Assembly (NCBI GenBank): GCA_008632985.1
Contig: QPGO01000052.1
Coordinates: 1 to 64,000 of the forward strand
DNA from: Psammoneis japonica
Taxonomy: Eukaryota
Direction of reading: 5' to 3'
DNA length: 64,000 nt
Below the pieces are notes generated by a model, which ran no database searches, was not told the DNA's origin, and worked only from the letters and a program-made list of their open reading frames with translations. Position numbers and translations under genes: made by a program. Shown here in pieces: positions 12,301 through 24,702 of this stretch. Position 1 is the first letter of the stretch; each line of letters opens with the position of its first letter.

Positions 12301-13900
12301 GAAAATCTCTGACATCATCAGACTGGTCCCCAGGAGATGGAGCTGGAAGGACAAAAGCAAAATCCGGAAACTGTTCCATGCGGCAGTGTTCCACAAAGCA
12401 GCAAATGAATCAGAAGATCAAGAGAATCCCACATGCTTCTGCTCAGTGTGACGATGGCCGTCTTCCGAAAACTGGCCCGGCACAATCAACCAACGGGGTT
12501 CATGCAAGTGCAGTCGTCCACCCGAAGGTGGCACCTTCATCAACGGAACTGTTGCTCCCTGCGGTCAATGTCAAGGAAGAGAAATGACAGATCAGTGCAT
12601 GTTGGGGGAACATGAAATTCAAGTTCTTCGAACAACGTTGCCTCCTGTTGAGGCAGAGATTGCAGCATTTCTCAGAATGAATCCAGAAGCCAAGAATGTG
12701 GTGGATCCAACAAAGAAGCACGTGGCAAGTCAAATGTCCATCTGCCATCTTCTGTCGTGGATGGCTCCACTCTTGGATGGTGGCACTGGCCAATTGCCAA
12801 GAGGTTCTTTCAATGTTTGTGATGCTGGATGACAGAGGAAAGCACACAGCTTCTTCCACGCGGCCCAAGCTCTTGATCCTGGTTTCTGCTGTTTGACATT
12901 GTTGAAAGTGCTTGAGCTGCTCTGAAGCGAGGGGTCATCTGTGCCCAAGCATCCTGCTTGTGGGCTGACTGGAGCTCAGATTGACAAACAAGCATTTGCT
13001 CAAAACCTGGCCAACAATCTGTTTTGCACAGCATGCCTGCAAAGTGAGGTCACATGGGGAGCTCTCATTCTAGTGCACTGGAGCAGAGTACAATCTTGCT
13101 GGTCTGAATGCAAGCACACTGGAGACCAACATGAGAAAGCTTTGGCAAAACTTTCAGATTTCACATGTCCTTGAAATGCCCTGGCCTGACCCATCCTCGG
13201 ATCTTGCTGAGGATGCATTGATGGTTGTCAGTTGTCAAGCAAAAATGCAAGAGTCAGAAGAGTCATGTTTGCTTGGAAAGATGCTCAGCTGAGTGCCCTG
13301 TGTCTTCCACCATCAGAGACATTTTGGGAAGGATGTCAACTTGTTAGAAGCTCTACATTGTGGAAAATCTTTCTTTGGTCAACAGCCTGCTGCACCAATT
13401 TCCAACTGTCATGCAAGCACACCCCACACTTGTTGCCGTTGGGGTGGCTTGTGTCGCGGCTGAGGAAGGAGACATTTTGAAACAGCCCCAAAGCAGGAGA
13501 GACCTGCATCACTGCAAGTCAGTTGCAGGTGGATGGAGGTGCAATCTTGATGTTAAATTTAGATCTTGTGGGGTGGGATTGGCACCTCCCTTGAAAGACA
13601 ACAGAACAAGAAGGGTCCTTTGGCATTGTGGAAGGTTGGGTGATTGGCTGTGGAGCATTTTGGTCAACCAACATTGGACAGAATGCAAGCTAGATCTGAT
13701 TTGTTGCATTGTTTCTAATCTAGTCAACTAGATATTTTCTGTTTGAAGCAATGTCACAGCTGCTGGTGAGCCAACCACCAGAGCGGTTTCTTTTCTCAGC
13801 ATTCCTGCAAACACCCTCATTGTTTCTAACAGAACACATCAATTGATGCTGGAACTTGGCTCATCATCACTGACCCAGACAATTGTGGCATTGCATTGTT
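9330..13900 (-). mobile_element. Degenerate non-LTR retrotransposon (LINE) with RNase H and CCHC knuckle, plus flanking decayed repeats
   Basis: ORF 11582-12394 has KWVKGHQD...NVQADRLA (RNase H) and CLLCEHPTEDRDHTLQC (zinc knuckle). Upstream AEACGIL resembles RAEAYG; 3' WKQWQSLWEEHN..AHG. Many stops and frameshifts. Confidence 0.8.
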
Positions 13901-14162
13901 TCTCTTGATTGAAGCTAGTCCAGTTCAGTTTGAAGCACACCGTGATTGCTTGTTAGCAAGCGCATCGCTACAGCAGTTCGGATCACCGCGAAGATCTCCT
14001 CTGGATTCAGACAACTACTATCCATTTTTCTATAAAACTGGAATTCTGACGTCATTGCCATTCATATATCATGTTGCAATGCAAGTATGGAACCCGCGTC
14101 GGCGCCCACCGTTCACTCGTGCTCGTGGTCGGCATCAGCTGCGCTAAAAATACGGGATGAGA

Positions 14163-15509
14163 TCACGAACGGGGCTTTTCTACACAAAAAATGCTCATCG
14201 CCATCCCCTTCACGTATCCTGCAGTTTTCTCCATGCCATCATCCAAAAGCTCGCCATTGTAAAGATCTGCTACATTGCATGTCATGGAAATCTTTAGACC
14301 AGCACGTTCAATTTCAGGTTCCAATCGTTCGACACCGTATCGGTGTTTCGCAGTTCCACTGACAGCTATAGCAATACCTCCGGGTTTGAGGGCATCGTGT
14401 ATAGTATTTGCAACTGCCACAGCATCCTGTGGCTGACAAATTACATCAGCAGCCAAAATCACATCGACTTGTTCCTGGACATTACCGTGCTTGTCCAACC
14501 ACCCATCCACATTGGTTCCAGTTTGTATGCAGAAATCCAATTCGGCAGCTTCCACTGTATTTTGTGCATTATTCAACAGAATGTTGCGTTTTAGATTGTC
14601 TATAACAGTCTGATTGAAGTCTGTCACGAGGACTGACTTGGCGCTAAAGTCAGCAGCTAGGAGACCTACGAGGCCGCATCCAGCTCCAAGCTCAAGCACC
14701 ACCTTCTGTTCAACCAAGGATGGATTCCTCGCTATGTATCGAGACAATACAACTGCAGAGGGCCACATGACTTACAGCAACCAAGAAAAATGTACATCGG
14801 TAAGCGCTGAAAACTACAGCTTATACAACAAGTCAGAGAAAGTAGTTTCACAGTTACACGTACCGAAACCAACGTCTTTTTGCTCAGACTGTCTCGTAGT
14901 TACTTGATGAATCAGCACTCTTGATACAGGCTCTGGAGAGTAGTTCTTACTCGAAATGGATGAAATTTCAAAGACAAGCGGAAGACGCATGCCTATCTCG
15001 TGTCTGGTGAAGGGTGAGTACTTGAGAGGAAAGGATCCACCCGCAGAGGCGACGATGTCGCAAGCGACGTCTTGAATAACCATCAAAATACTGTCTTCAT
15101 CGTCACTAACAGTAAGACCTTCCAATGGAGGACATCGAATAATTCTCTTCACGATCGCATGAGAGCCCTCTCGCCCAAGCTCTTCTGCCAGAGTTGGGTC
15201 TATTCTTGAGATCGTCGCATGTATCCGAAGAACACTCAAGAGGACTCTTGTTTCAACGTTTGGTATCTTTTCAATCCAATTTACCGTCAGTTCTGCTAAT
15301 TCATCTTTGAATACCAAAGCATCACGACTGATGCTTCCATCTTTGATTGCTATGAACCACTCCTCTGTCGCAGCTTGAAAAAGCGGCACAAACTCAGACG
15401 CGATTCCACACGACGACGGTGTTTTCTCAAACGATTGTATTCGTAAAAGGGCAATTTCACGAGCACTCGATGTTCTTTCCTCATAATACCTTAGGCTTTC
15501 CTCCGTCAT
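14163..15509 (-). CDS. SAM-dependent protein methyltransferase (Methyltransf_16/METTL21-like), 2 exons, intron 14771-14863
   Basis: Spliced DVGFVMWPSA, VLELGAGCGLVG, VTD and VILAADV motifs; GT..AG intron keeps frame; start MTEESLRYY. Confidence 0.9.
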
Positions 15510-15599
15510 TTCGCTGCAAAAGAGGAATCGAGAGAACAGCAAGCAAGTTTGAAGTTGAAGCGCAAAAACGCCATCGCCCATTGCGATTTTACGTATGAT

Positions 15600-18500
15600 G
15601 CATGGGCGTAACCTTAGCAGGCACCAGGCGCGGAAGCAATGCGGACACTGCCACAGACGGCCTGACAAGAAGACAGACAAACAACTTGTTGGATTGCAGG
15701 CGTGGGCCCAGGGCCCCAGCAAGTGCATGCGCATGTTGGCGGTTAAGCAAAGCGAAACAACACGAGATAATTGCACCTGCCATTTGATTCAGAGAGTCAT
15801 GCCAATGGATTATAATAAGTGCACATGCTGTCAAACAGTTTGATCTCTCTCTGTGCAGCTTGTGGCGTGCCCTCCTCTCTGTGGTGGCGCAGGAGCTGGG
15901 ACACACCCTTCTTGGGAGCCAGAGAGGCTGAGAAAAAATGGGAGAGGACTGCAACTGTGCTGCCAGCTGGATGAACTGTTTTGCTCCTTTGTCCCAAGTC
16001 AGCAGCTGATTAAAATGAAAGATTGCTCTCACAAAAGCAGCAAAGCTCCCAGCTGCATGAGCTTCTTTTTTTGTGGGGTCATGTCACACAGTGCTCTCCA
16101 CCACCACCACCCAACGCGCGCACTCCTCTCTCTCTCTCTCTCTCTCTCTTGGTGCCACCCACCTGTTTTGATGAGTCAGTTGCCAAAATGCTCATCCAAG
16201 AGATCATCTTTCTTCAGTGCAACTCAGTTGAGCAGAATGTTGTTGCTCTCTTTAGACCAGAAGACGGCACACCACCAGGCAGGCTGATGCTCGTGTTGTT
16301 CTGCACAGCCTCGGCTGTTGCTTTGTCTCAAGTTAGCTCTTTTCTTCTCATGCAGCTGGAGAACAGCTCTTCTGAGTTCTGTCTGTAAGCTCTTCTTCAA
16401 AAGAATTGGCAGATGGAGGTCAACATCTGAGCACCCACCAAATGTGCCCAGCCACACACAAAGAACCTCCTGGATTGCAAATCTTCCCGCAACGTGCCCT
16501 CTTCAAACTTGCACACCAAGAAGTCTGTGGGTGAAGCATTCTGTTGTGCTTGCTCCTGCTCTGCCTCCATGCACTCATGGCTCTGCTGTTTTTTGTGTTG
16601 GCCACATCATGCGTGCACAATGTGCAGCACATGACTCGCACGAGGAGGGACAGTGAGCCATGCCTGGTTGGGCCACCCAACACCTGGTCCACCCAGCACA
16701 CCTTTTGTGCCTGCAAGAGAAGCAACAATCAAGCACAGAGGAGCAGAGGCCTTGTGCTCTTCACAGCAGGCTGACAACAAAGACCAACAAAGCTCTTGAA
16801 GCCCTGCTGGTGCATCACATCAACAAAGCACCTGCTGAGAATGGCAGCTAAAAACTTCTCACACAACAGCAATGACTGCAAGCCTCTGAACACCTGTTGG
16901 GGCTCCAGCTCCTTCCAAACTGAGATGCTCTTCTTCTGCAGAGGAGGAGACATGGAGACTTGCAGTGCAGCCAAGAATGAACCAGAACTCATGGCAGTTG
17001 CTGGCCTTTTGTGTGAAAGATGATGGGGTCCCAGCTGCACATGCTTGAGGGTGAGTTGGTGACTGTTGATTGTCGCCCAGCAGGTCATGTTGTCATGAAA
17101 ACCAAAGCCAATGACAGTGTCCTGCTTTTGCTGTTCTGCCTGAACAGACCTGGGCCAGCTGGTTGGAGTGCAGCTGGCCATCCCGCAATTCAAGACCATG
17201 AGCAGATGGCAGCCAGACACCAGCCATGTGAGCCCATCTGGGCAGGGTCATGTGCACACATCACCTCAAAGCAATGTGCGCTTTCACAGTTTGTCAGGAG
17301 GCACACTGCATCTTGGGAGCTGCACCCAAAATGACAGCATGGATGCTCCCCACCAGGTTGAGTGATCATGGGAAAACCTCCAAAATGTTCAAGGCACACA
17401 GGGACCTTTTGGAGAGTGGCAATGGGGAAGAGCTGGTCTTGAAGTGTTTCTTTGTGAACACTCTTTTCTGCCAGCACCAGCAAATGATGCAGAGCAAATG
17501 CATTGGGGTGAGCAGCAGCACTGGACCAGTCATGAGTTGACCGGAACAAGTGCTTTTTGCTGCTCTGACTCTGTCAGCACAGAGCTGCCAGAGACAAAAA
17601 AGGTTGTGCTTTCTTGTCATCTGCTGTGTGTGCACGGCTTTTGCACAGTGCACCCCACAGGAGGGGGGATGGCTCCATCAAGCAACCAGCCCTTGGAGTC
17701 AAAGGAATGTCTGGCATGTGCAGAGGAAACCAAGCTTGCTGTTCTTCTGCTTCTGTCCTGCTGGCTGCATCCTCTGGGGAGGTGCCAACTTCTTTTTCTT
17801 TGTTGTCATCTGCACCATCTTCTCTCAGGCTCAGAAGCTGAGGCACAGAAACCACTGGTGCTGAAGCAGGCTTGGCAAGTGGCAGTGCAGGAGAGGTGAG
17901 GCAACTTGAGCCAAGGAGAGTGCATGCCCTTGCACTGTGTTGATCATCATCCTTGCATCTGACAAAAGGACTTCACATCTTCCTCATCTTGAATTTCATC
18001 TTGGAGGCCCTCATCATCAGAAGTGGCTGGTCTGCACTTTGTGGGGCAAAAGATGGTGCAGTTGGAGAGACAAGGTTGTGGAAAAGAGTGGGGGCTGTGA
18101 GCTTGCAGCATGCCCATCTGCTGGAGGACAAGCTGCCAGGAGGTGCACCAGTTGCAAGCCACACTCAGGTTTGGAGCCATGTGCACCAGTGTGCAGCACT
18201 GTGCACTGGCACTCATTTAAACAGCAAGACCAGTGTGAGCCAGACATGACAGAGAAAGGGCAAAAAAACACTGAAAGCAAGAGGAGTGAGACAAGAATGA
18301 CACAAGAAGTTGAAAACAAACAATGTGTGTGTTTGTCCATCCCAAGACAATTTGTTGCACAGTCATTGGTGGGCAAGAACTGCAAGAGGATCCTGTCTGC
18401 CCTCTGTTGACAAGAAATGTTGTCTTGCTCTGGGGCATGGAAGCCAGCTGTGTGCATTTTGCAGCAAAGTCAGAATGCAGAGGGACAGATTTCCATGCAC

Positions 18501-21500
18501 CACTGTGTGAGTGAAGAAGCTTCCAAAAGGTGGTGCAATCAGCTGGGTGGAGTCATGCCAGAAAGCCAGCTCTGGGCATTCAGCTGTGGGGTTGTGCAGA
18601 ACAGCAGCTCTTTCTGTTCTGCCACTGCACAAGAAAAGCAGTGCACACTGTCATGTGTTGCTCTTCATCATTTTTCATTGGGCCTCCTGTCCTTGCATGG
18701 TTTGACTCTGACAGTGACAGAACAGCAAGTGAGAAACACACACACACCAGCAGCACAGCAACCACAGCTGTTGCACCAACTCTGCAAGCCACACTCACAA
18801 GGGCTCATCCTCAGATTGTGTCAATGAGGAGGGGGGGCAGCTGGCAAGTTTTGCCAGTGGTGCAGAACACAGAAACCTCTTGCAACTGGAAAATTCTTGC
18901 AACTCTGTCATCAGTGTGCCGCTGCCTGCCACAAAAGACAGCAGATTCTTGAGGTGCTGCAAACTTCTCTTCATCTTCACAGGCCCCTGTCAGGTGAAGT
19001 GTGTTGACCCCTCCTTGCACTGTCTTTCTTGAGAGTTGGCCAAACCAAAAAGAAGAACAAGACAGAGTGCATCAAGGACAAGACAAGTGCCAAGGACAGG
19101 GCAATGACTGACAGCTGGTGTGCCAACCACCACAGCAGGTGGTGGGTGAAGCAAGAGCCAGCCAATGCCAAACTGAAATTTTAGATTAAAGAGATGCAAG
19201 TGGGGCTTGGCTGCCATGGCAAAGGCATGGAAAGACCATGAAAACCAAGACATGAAGTGGACAAGGGAGGAGTTCTGTGAAGTTGTCAGCCAAAAACACC
19301 TTTTTGCTGGTGTGTTGGTTGAAAAGAGGCAAGTGGAGGCAAAAGGGAATCAGGGTCAGGGTCAGGAAAAGAGCACAACAGCAGAGGAACAAGGTGCAGA
19401 CCTGTGGACAGAGGGCAGAGGAAAATTGGCAAGCAGCCACCACTGTGTGGGAGAAATTCCCAAACCAGTTGTTGCACAATGTTGCTGTTTTTGCTGTGTG
19501 ATCATGTCTGAACTGCTGGACTGCAAATGGGGGTCCACCATGCTGCTGTAAAATGTCTCTTGCTGTGACTCATCAACATGTCTCCCTCAAAAACAGAGCC
19601 CATGATGTGAGTGGAAAATCAGGAAACACCATGGAACACACCTGGGTTTGCCACAGAAAACCTTCCAGGTTGGCTGGGCAGTGGAAGCCCAGCAGCATTT
19701 CTTAAATTGGGAAATCCCATGGATTGTTTGGCTTCATTGCAGACTTTCCAAAAGTGCTGCAGAGTGGTGCTGCAGGCTGCAGCAATTTGTCATTCTCTCC
19801 TCTGATGTGAGAACAACAAAACAGGGCTGAGGAGTGGTGGGCATTGCTGGTTGACCCTGGTGTGGTGCCTGTCTGGTCAGTTGGAGTGCCACTTGCTAAA
19901 AAGTGAAAGAAGAGCCTTGCCATGCCACATTGTTGGCTGTCTCAATGTTTCAGCTGGTGTGCCGTGTCTGACGGAGGTCCAGATTTTTGTTTGAATTGAT
20001 CATGATGCAGCCAGCCCTGAAAAACTCCATTCATAAAAGAAAGAGCCGCATCATTTGAAAGTGTTCAAGCAGGGTGAGAAAATTGTGCACAAGCAAAGCA
20101 CTTGAGCTTTTCAGTGTTGTTGCAGCACTTGCTGCTCAAGTTGCTGCTCCAGAAACACCGCAAAATGGAGTGGTGGGCTGCTTGGTTCCTGCAGCATGTG
20201 CGCAAATGCTGTTGAGGATGCTTGCAGCTTTGCTTCAAGTGCAAGGAGACTCCAAACCAGAGGGAAAGGAAGGATGAGCTCTCTGGCAATCTCTTGGAAC
20301 AACCATGGAGGCAACACAATGCCCACACTCACTGCTCAAAACATGGCAAGGTTTGTCATCAACTGACAGCCAGTTTTAGATGGTGGGAGTGGCTGGCATT
20401 AAATCTGATTTGAAGTTTGAGTGGACATGCACACAAGCTGTGTGACCAAAATGCAGGCCTTGCAAAAGAGACAAAAGTCCAGCCACACACATGTGCTCTG
20501 CGCACTGTGGTGAAACAAGAGTTGCTGCTGTGAAGCGCATGAGTGCAAATGTGAAATTTCATTTTGTGGCTTGGCATTTGTCAAAATGCAGGGGCCTCTG
20601 CCCAACAAAATGACAGGAAAATGACAACCTGACTGTGGAACTGTGTTTCATCCATGACAGCACAACACATGACATGCCTGAATGACTTGAGTGTGTTTGT
20701 TTGAGAGCAGCCGCATGTCTTTTCATTGGGATCTTGACTGCTGTTTTTACAATTTTTTTGTTGGCCATGATTTGGTGCAAAAGATCAAGTTCAATTTGTG
20801 GTTGCAAATGAGAATTGACAAACAAGCACAACACAACATTGAGCGCAACGAGCCTTTTGCCATGATGAACTTCGCTTTGCATCAACTCCGCTGTTGTCAA
20901 CTGCAAGTGGCCAGATCAGACACATGAGTTGACAGTGCAGCACACAGCCACAGTTGCCTCTTGCTCTCTGCACCTGTCTCCTTGCATCTGGCACTTTTTT
21001 GTGAAGAAAATGGCTGCTCTGGCTGAGACGTTGCTTGGCAACCATGATCATTTGTCAACAGGCTTCTGTGCTCCACAGCATGCTGCCCAATGTGTTTGAC
21101 GTGTCTTTTTCCACAACCAGCGGTGCTTCATTGTTTTTCAGCAAATTTGCTGTGGCTGTGGCTGCACTTGCCAACAATGTTTTTGAAATGTGAGCGGAGC
21201 ACACATCGCACAGTGAGTGTTGAGTGCAGCACCCCAAAAACCAGGCAGCAATGGCTTGTTTGTTCTTGCATGTGCTCATTTGATTTTTTCTCAAGCCTTG
21301 TGCCAGCTGCACTGGTTTGCAAATCTTCACCCTTGCAATGTGGAACATGACAGAGAACACTTTTCCATGATTGTTCACAACAACGCTCCAACTCCTGCGG
21401 TGTCATCTCGCCAACAGCCTCTGAGACAGTGGCGCCAAAGAGACCACACATTGGCTCCATTTTGGATGTGACAAAATGACATTTGATCTGTGCATTGTGC

Positions 21501-22090
21501 CTGCAACAAGGTGCATTGAGGGTGGTGCAATGGAGCTGACAGACAGTGTCCTTTCATTGTTTCTCCTGGACTTTTAAAGATGACATGAGCGGCACTTGCT
21601 TTGAGCAACCCAGCTGCAAGCAAATGTGTGCAAGCAACCCAGCAGCTGTCAAACAGCCCACCCAGCTTTCAAAAGCACAACAAACAAATGCAATGGAACA
21701 ACTGTCCAGCACACATCCCAGCAACTCACGTGTGTTGTCCTCAGTCATCGACTCAAGGCAAGCTTCATTTTTGAATTTTTTTGCTGAGCAGCAGTGGCTC
21801 CTGAAGGAAAGATGTGGATCCACTTGGTCAGCTCGAGCCCTGCCATGCTGCACTTTCCTAAAACACCAGTGCATTTTCCCTTTTCTCATGCTCAATGTGT
21901 GTGCAGAGCCACTGCACGCATTGACTCCTGTGCTCCCCCCCCCCATCATGTTTCTGCTCCTTTTGTGAGAGCCAGCCGTGCACCAACAGAGTTTGATTGA
22001 TGCTTTTCCCTGCTGAAAGAAGTCTTTGCCCATGATCTGGAGGTGCACCACACTGTTGGGTAGTCCACTCTGCTCCAGCAGCTGGGGGCC
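15600..22090. mobile_element. Heavily decayed repeat block, depleted of both TpA and CpG
   Basis: Several kb with very few TA or CG and saturated in TG/CA. Six-frame ORFs nearly lack Tyr. No family could be assigned. Confidence 0.6.
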
Positions 22091-22129
22091 CCAGAGCTGC
22101 TGTAGCTAGAGTAGAGGCCCTGCCACTGC

Positions 22130-23600
22130 ACGACTCCTCCTCCTCCTCATGCCGGTGCAGCAATGCAACAATCAAAGCAACGCCACAGCGCAAGATCGCG
22201 CACACACCGTTGCTTCGCACGGTGTCAGCCTGCCATCTGGCGCTTCTGTTTCCCTTCCGCGCTGCTTTCAGCTCTCCCTGTCTTCCTGGTCCAACCCTCG
22301 CTCTTCCCTGCGACTCTGTGTGCTCTTTCGCCGTTGTGCTCCCGTTCTGGCTTCCGCCTCTGCCCTTTCCTCTTCTTCCTTGGCTGCCTTGGTTAAATCG
22401 GCCACTCTCCCCGGCCTGGCCCGTCGCCTCTACCATGAACATCAGCAACAAGCAGTGACCTCCATCCTTGCTAACTCATCTTACAACGTGCAATCTTCGC
22501 TCCCTTCATTGCTGTCTCCGCTTGCAAGCCTCCCTCTTCATTCCTTCTCCCGTCGCTTCCCAAGCTCCCGCCTTTCTTCGGACGCCTGCGCTGTTGCCGC
22601 CCTTTGTAAGCTTCGTCTCCCCATCCTTCCTCCGTCCCTTGTCAACACTCCCTGTCCCTGTGGCCATGCCATTCTGGATGCCTGTGGTGATCATGCCTTT
22701 TCTTGCCGCCGTGCTCACAAGTCCAAGCTTTCCAGTGGTCTCCGTGATGCTGTTTTCATCCCAGCCCAAACTTTGGGTCCTCTTGCAGAGTTCTGTCGAT
22801 CCCCCAATGACGTTCATCTCGAACCCACCAACCTGCTCCCCACCTGCCCGCTCCTCCGTCCCGCTGATGTCGGCATTTCAATCCCCCCTCCCGCCTCCCT
22901 TTCCGCTCCCTCCCGCCATCACTGCATTGCAGTGGACGTCACCGTCCCTCAAGCTTCCTCTCGCCCTCCTCCAGGTCTGCCTGCCCCCTCTTCTCCTATC
23001 TTAACTGAGGCACACCACTCGAGCGCGAGATTGAAGTTTCTTGGCCCCTCTACTTCCTCCACCGATGGATCCCTTGTTGTTTCTTCGCTTGACGACAATG
23101 GCATCTTCCTGCTCCCCTTCACTGTAGATCACCTTGGTGGTCTCGGCTGCTTTGCTCACCGCTTGCTCTTTGGTTCTACATCCTCCTCCGTCTGCTCTCA
23201 GCCCAAGCCACCCTGGTCCTCTTCCTCTGACTTTCGTCACTCCGATGCCTCCTACTCCGCCTTCCTCTACGCTTTATCGTCTCCGTCTGCAATCCTTCCC
23301 TCTGCTGACTCCGCATGGCGTCGCCTGTCCGCCGATCGCTTTGGAAGCACCTACCGTACAGCCACCCCATCCCAGTGGGCCACCCAAACTCTTGGCTGCA
23401 ACGTTGTTCTTCACCTTTCTACGCACATCCTCCGATTCACCTCCTCTCTCCCTGCCCCCTCCTCACCCATACCTTCCACAAAACGCCCTTCGTCTTGCGT
23501 CCTTCGACCCTTTTACTCTACCGTCTCTACAGCTACCTCCGTGCCTCCCTCTGCTGTTACCTTCCGCTCTACATGGGCTTCCTTAATCTTCTATTTTAAA
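22130..23600 (+). mobile_element. 5'-truncated non-LTR retrotransposon with restriction-like endonuclease (CRE/Ambal-like)
   Basis: ORF 22149-23633 contains CPCGHAILDACGDHAFSC (CCHC), RPAD, IAVDVTV and LLPFTVDHLGGLG, the C-terminal signature of RLE-type LINEs. No RT core is present. Confidence 0.82.
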
Positions 23601-23685
23601 ACAACCGCGTCACTGGCACTAGATACGAGATAGCGCCGATAAGAGTGGAAGAAATCTTTGTTTCCATGAGAAAGCGACAACTGAG

Positions 23686-24144
23686 ATGAGTTCTAGCGAC
23701 AGCGACCTTGTGCGAATCGAAAACGTATGGTCTTCACAGCACGTCTCCACTGGCGGTGCACACGCGTTCATGACGAGGTTCTTGTCGGCAGAAGGAGATG
23801 AGCTAGAAAGCAACGATCAGAAATACCTAGCCAAGGAGGAAGTAATGACTCGACTGAGGGCGATATGCCATTCATTGGTCGCAACGAAAGAAACTGAGAC
23901 AACTGCGAGCCTCGAAAGTCTGACAGCGTCTTCAACGAAAAGACAAGGAAAAGAAGACAAGATTCGAGAAGCGGTTGGAGTGGTCCCCTTCATCAATGAA
24001 GGTCCATCCGCACTGGATGACGAGACTGAGGGCAAAAGACATATGAATGAAGCCGCTGTCAGGGAGAACCAAATGTGTGAGAAGAAGCGAAAGCGCAAAG
24101 AGGATAAGGAGAGCAAGCGAGCAAAAAAGAATGGGAAGATTTAG
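23686..24144 (+). CDS. Hypothetical protein, 152 aa, basic C-terminus (possible NLS)
   Basis: ATG-started ORF with gene-like composition; KKRKRKEDKESKRAKK tail. Confidence 0.65.
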   Translation: MSSSDSDLVRIENVWSSQHVSTGGAHAFMTRFLSAEGDELESNDQKYLAKEEVMTRLRAICHSLVATKETETTASLESLTASSTKRQGKEDKIREAVGVVPFINEGPSALDDETEGKRHMNEAAVRENQMCEKKRKRKEDKESKRAKKNGKI

Positions 24145-24349
24145 TCTAAAAAGAAGAGCTCCGAACTAACCCACAACATAATCGATCTTGGCACAAATGA
24201 AATTGAAAATGGCTTGATTGATGAAAGAATGCGAACCTACAATGATGTGTGGATCAACATTTATTTGACTGCGACCATTGAATGTCATAGAAAAACATGA
24301 GATGTGAGCTACGGAACTTTTTGGCAATGCTGGGGTCTGCACGAACACT

Positions 24350-24680
24350 TACTCTAGCTCTAGATAGGGTTAATTTTGATCTTGAGATTGACTTGCAGGG
24401 GGTCGGGCGGGGCTCTAGAGGCCCTACTCTAGCTAGGCTACTCGCTCTTATTAGAGTGGTTTAAGGTCGGTGGTCGGTTTGCCAGATACCGGTACGTACC
24501 GTACTGTAGCTCTCTTTCAAACATTCCGGGTTCTCCTTTGTCCTTCATTTACAGTGTATTTATTTGGCTTGCGCATGCTCACGTCATCATGAGCTCTACT
24601 CTATCTAGCTACCGTACTATACCGTACTAGCTAGTAGAGCCCTACGTACGGTACTTCCATACGGTACAGTTAGTTTGTAG
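24350..24680. promoter_or_regulatory. TpA-rich upstream island (CTAG/GTAC/GCCCTAC motifs)
   Basis: ctctagaggccctactctagctagg, gtagagccctacgtacggtac; lies immediately 5' of the GRAM/VASt gene. Confidence 0.55.
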
Positions 24681-24702
24681 GCGGCGAGTTGGAGATGAAA
24701 GG

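Noticed and set aside
15600..22090. Numerous 60-165 aa ORFs as real genes
   Set aside because: They overlap in all frames, carry no domains, and are explained by loss of TA-containing stops.
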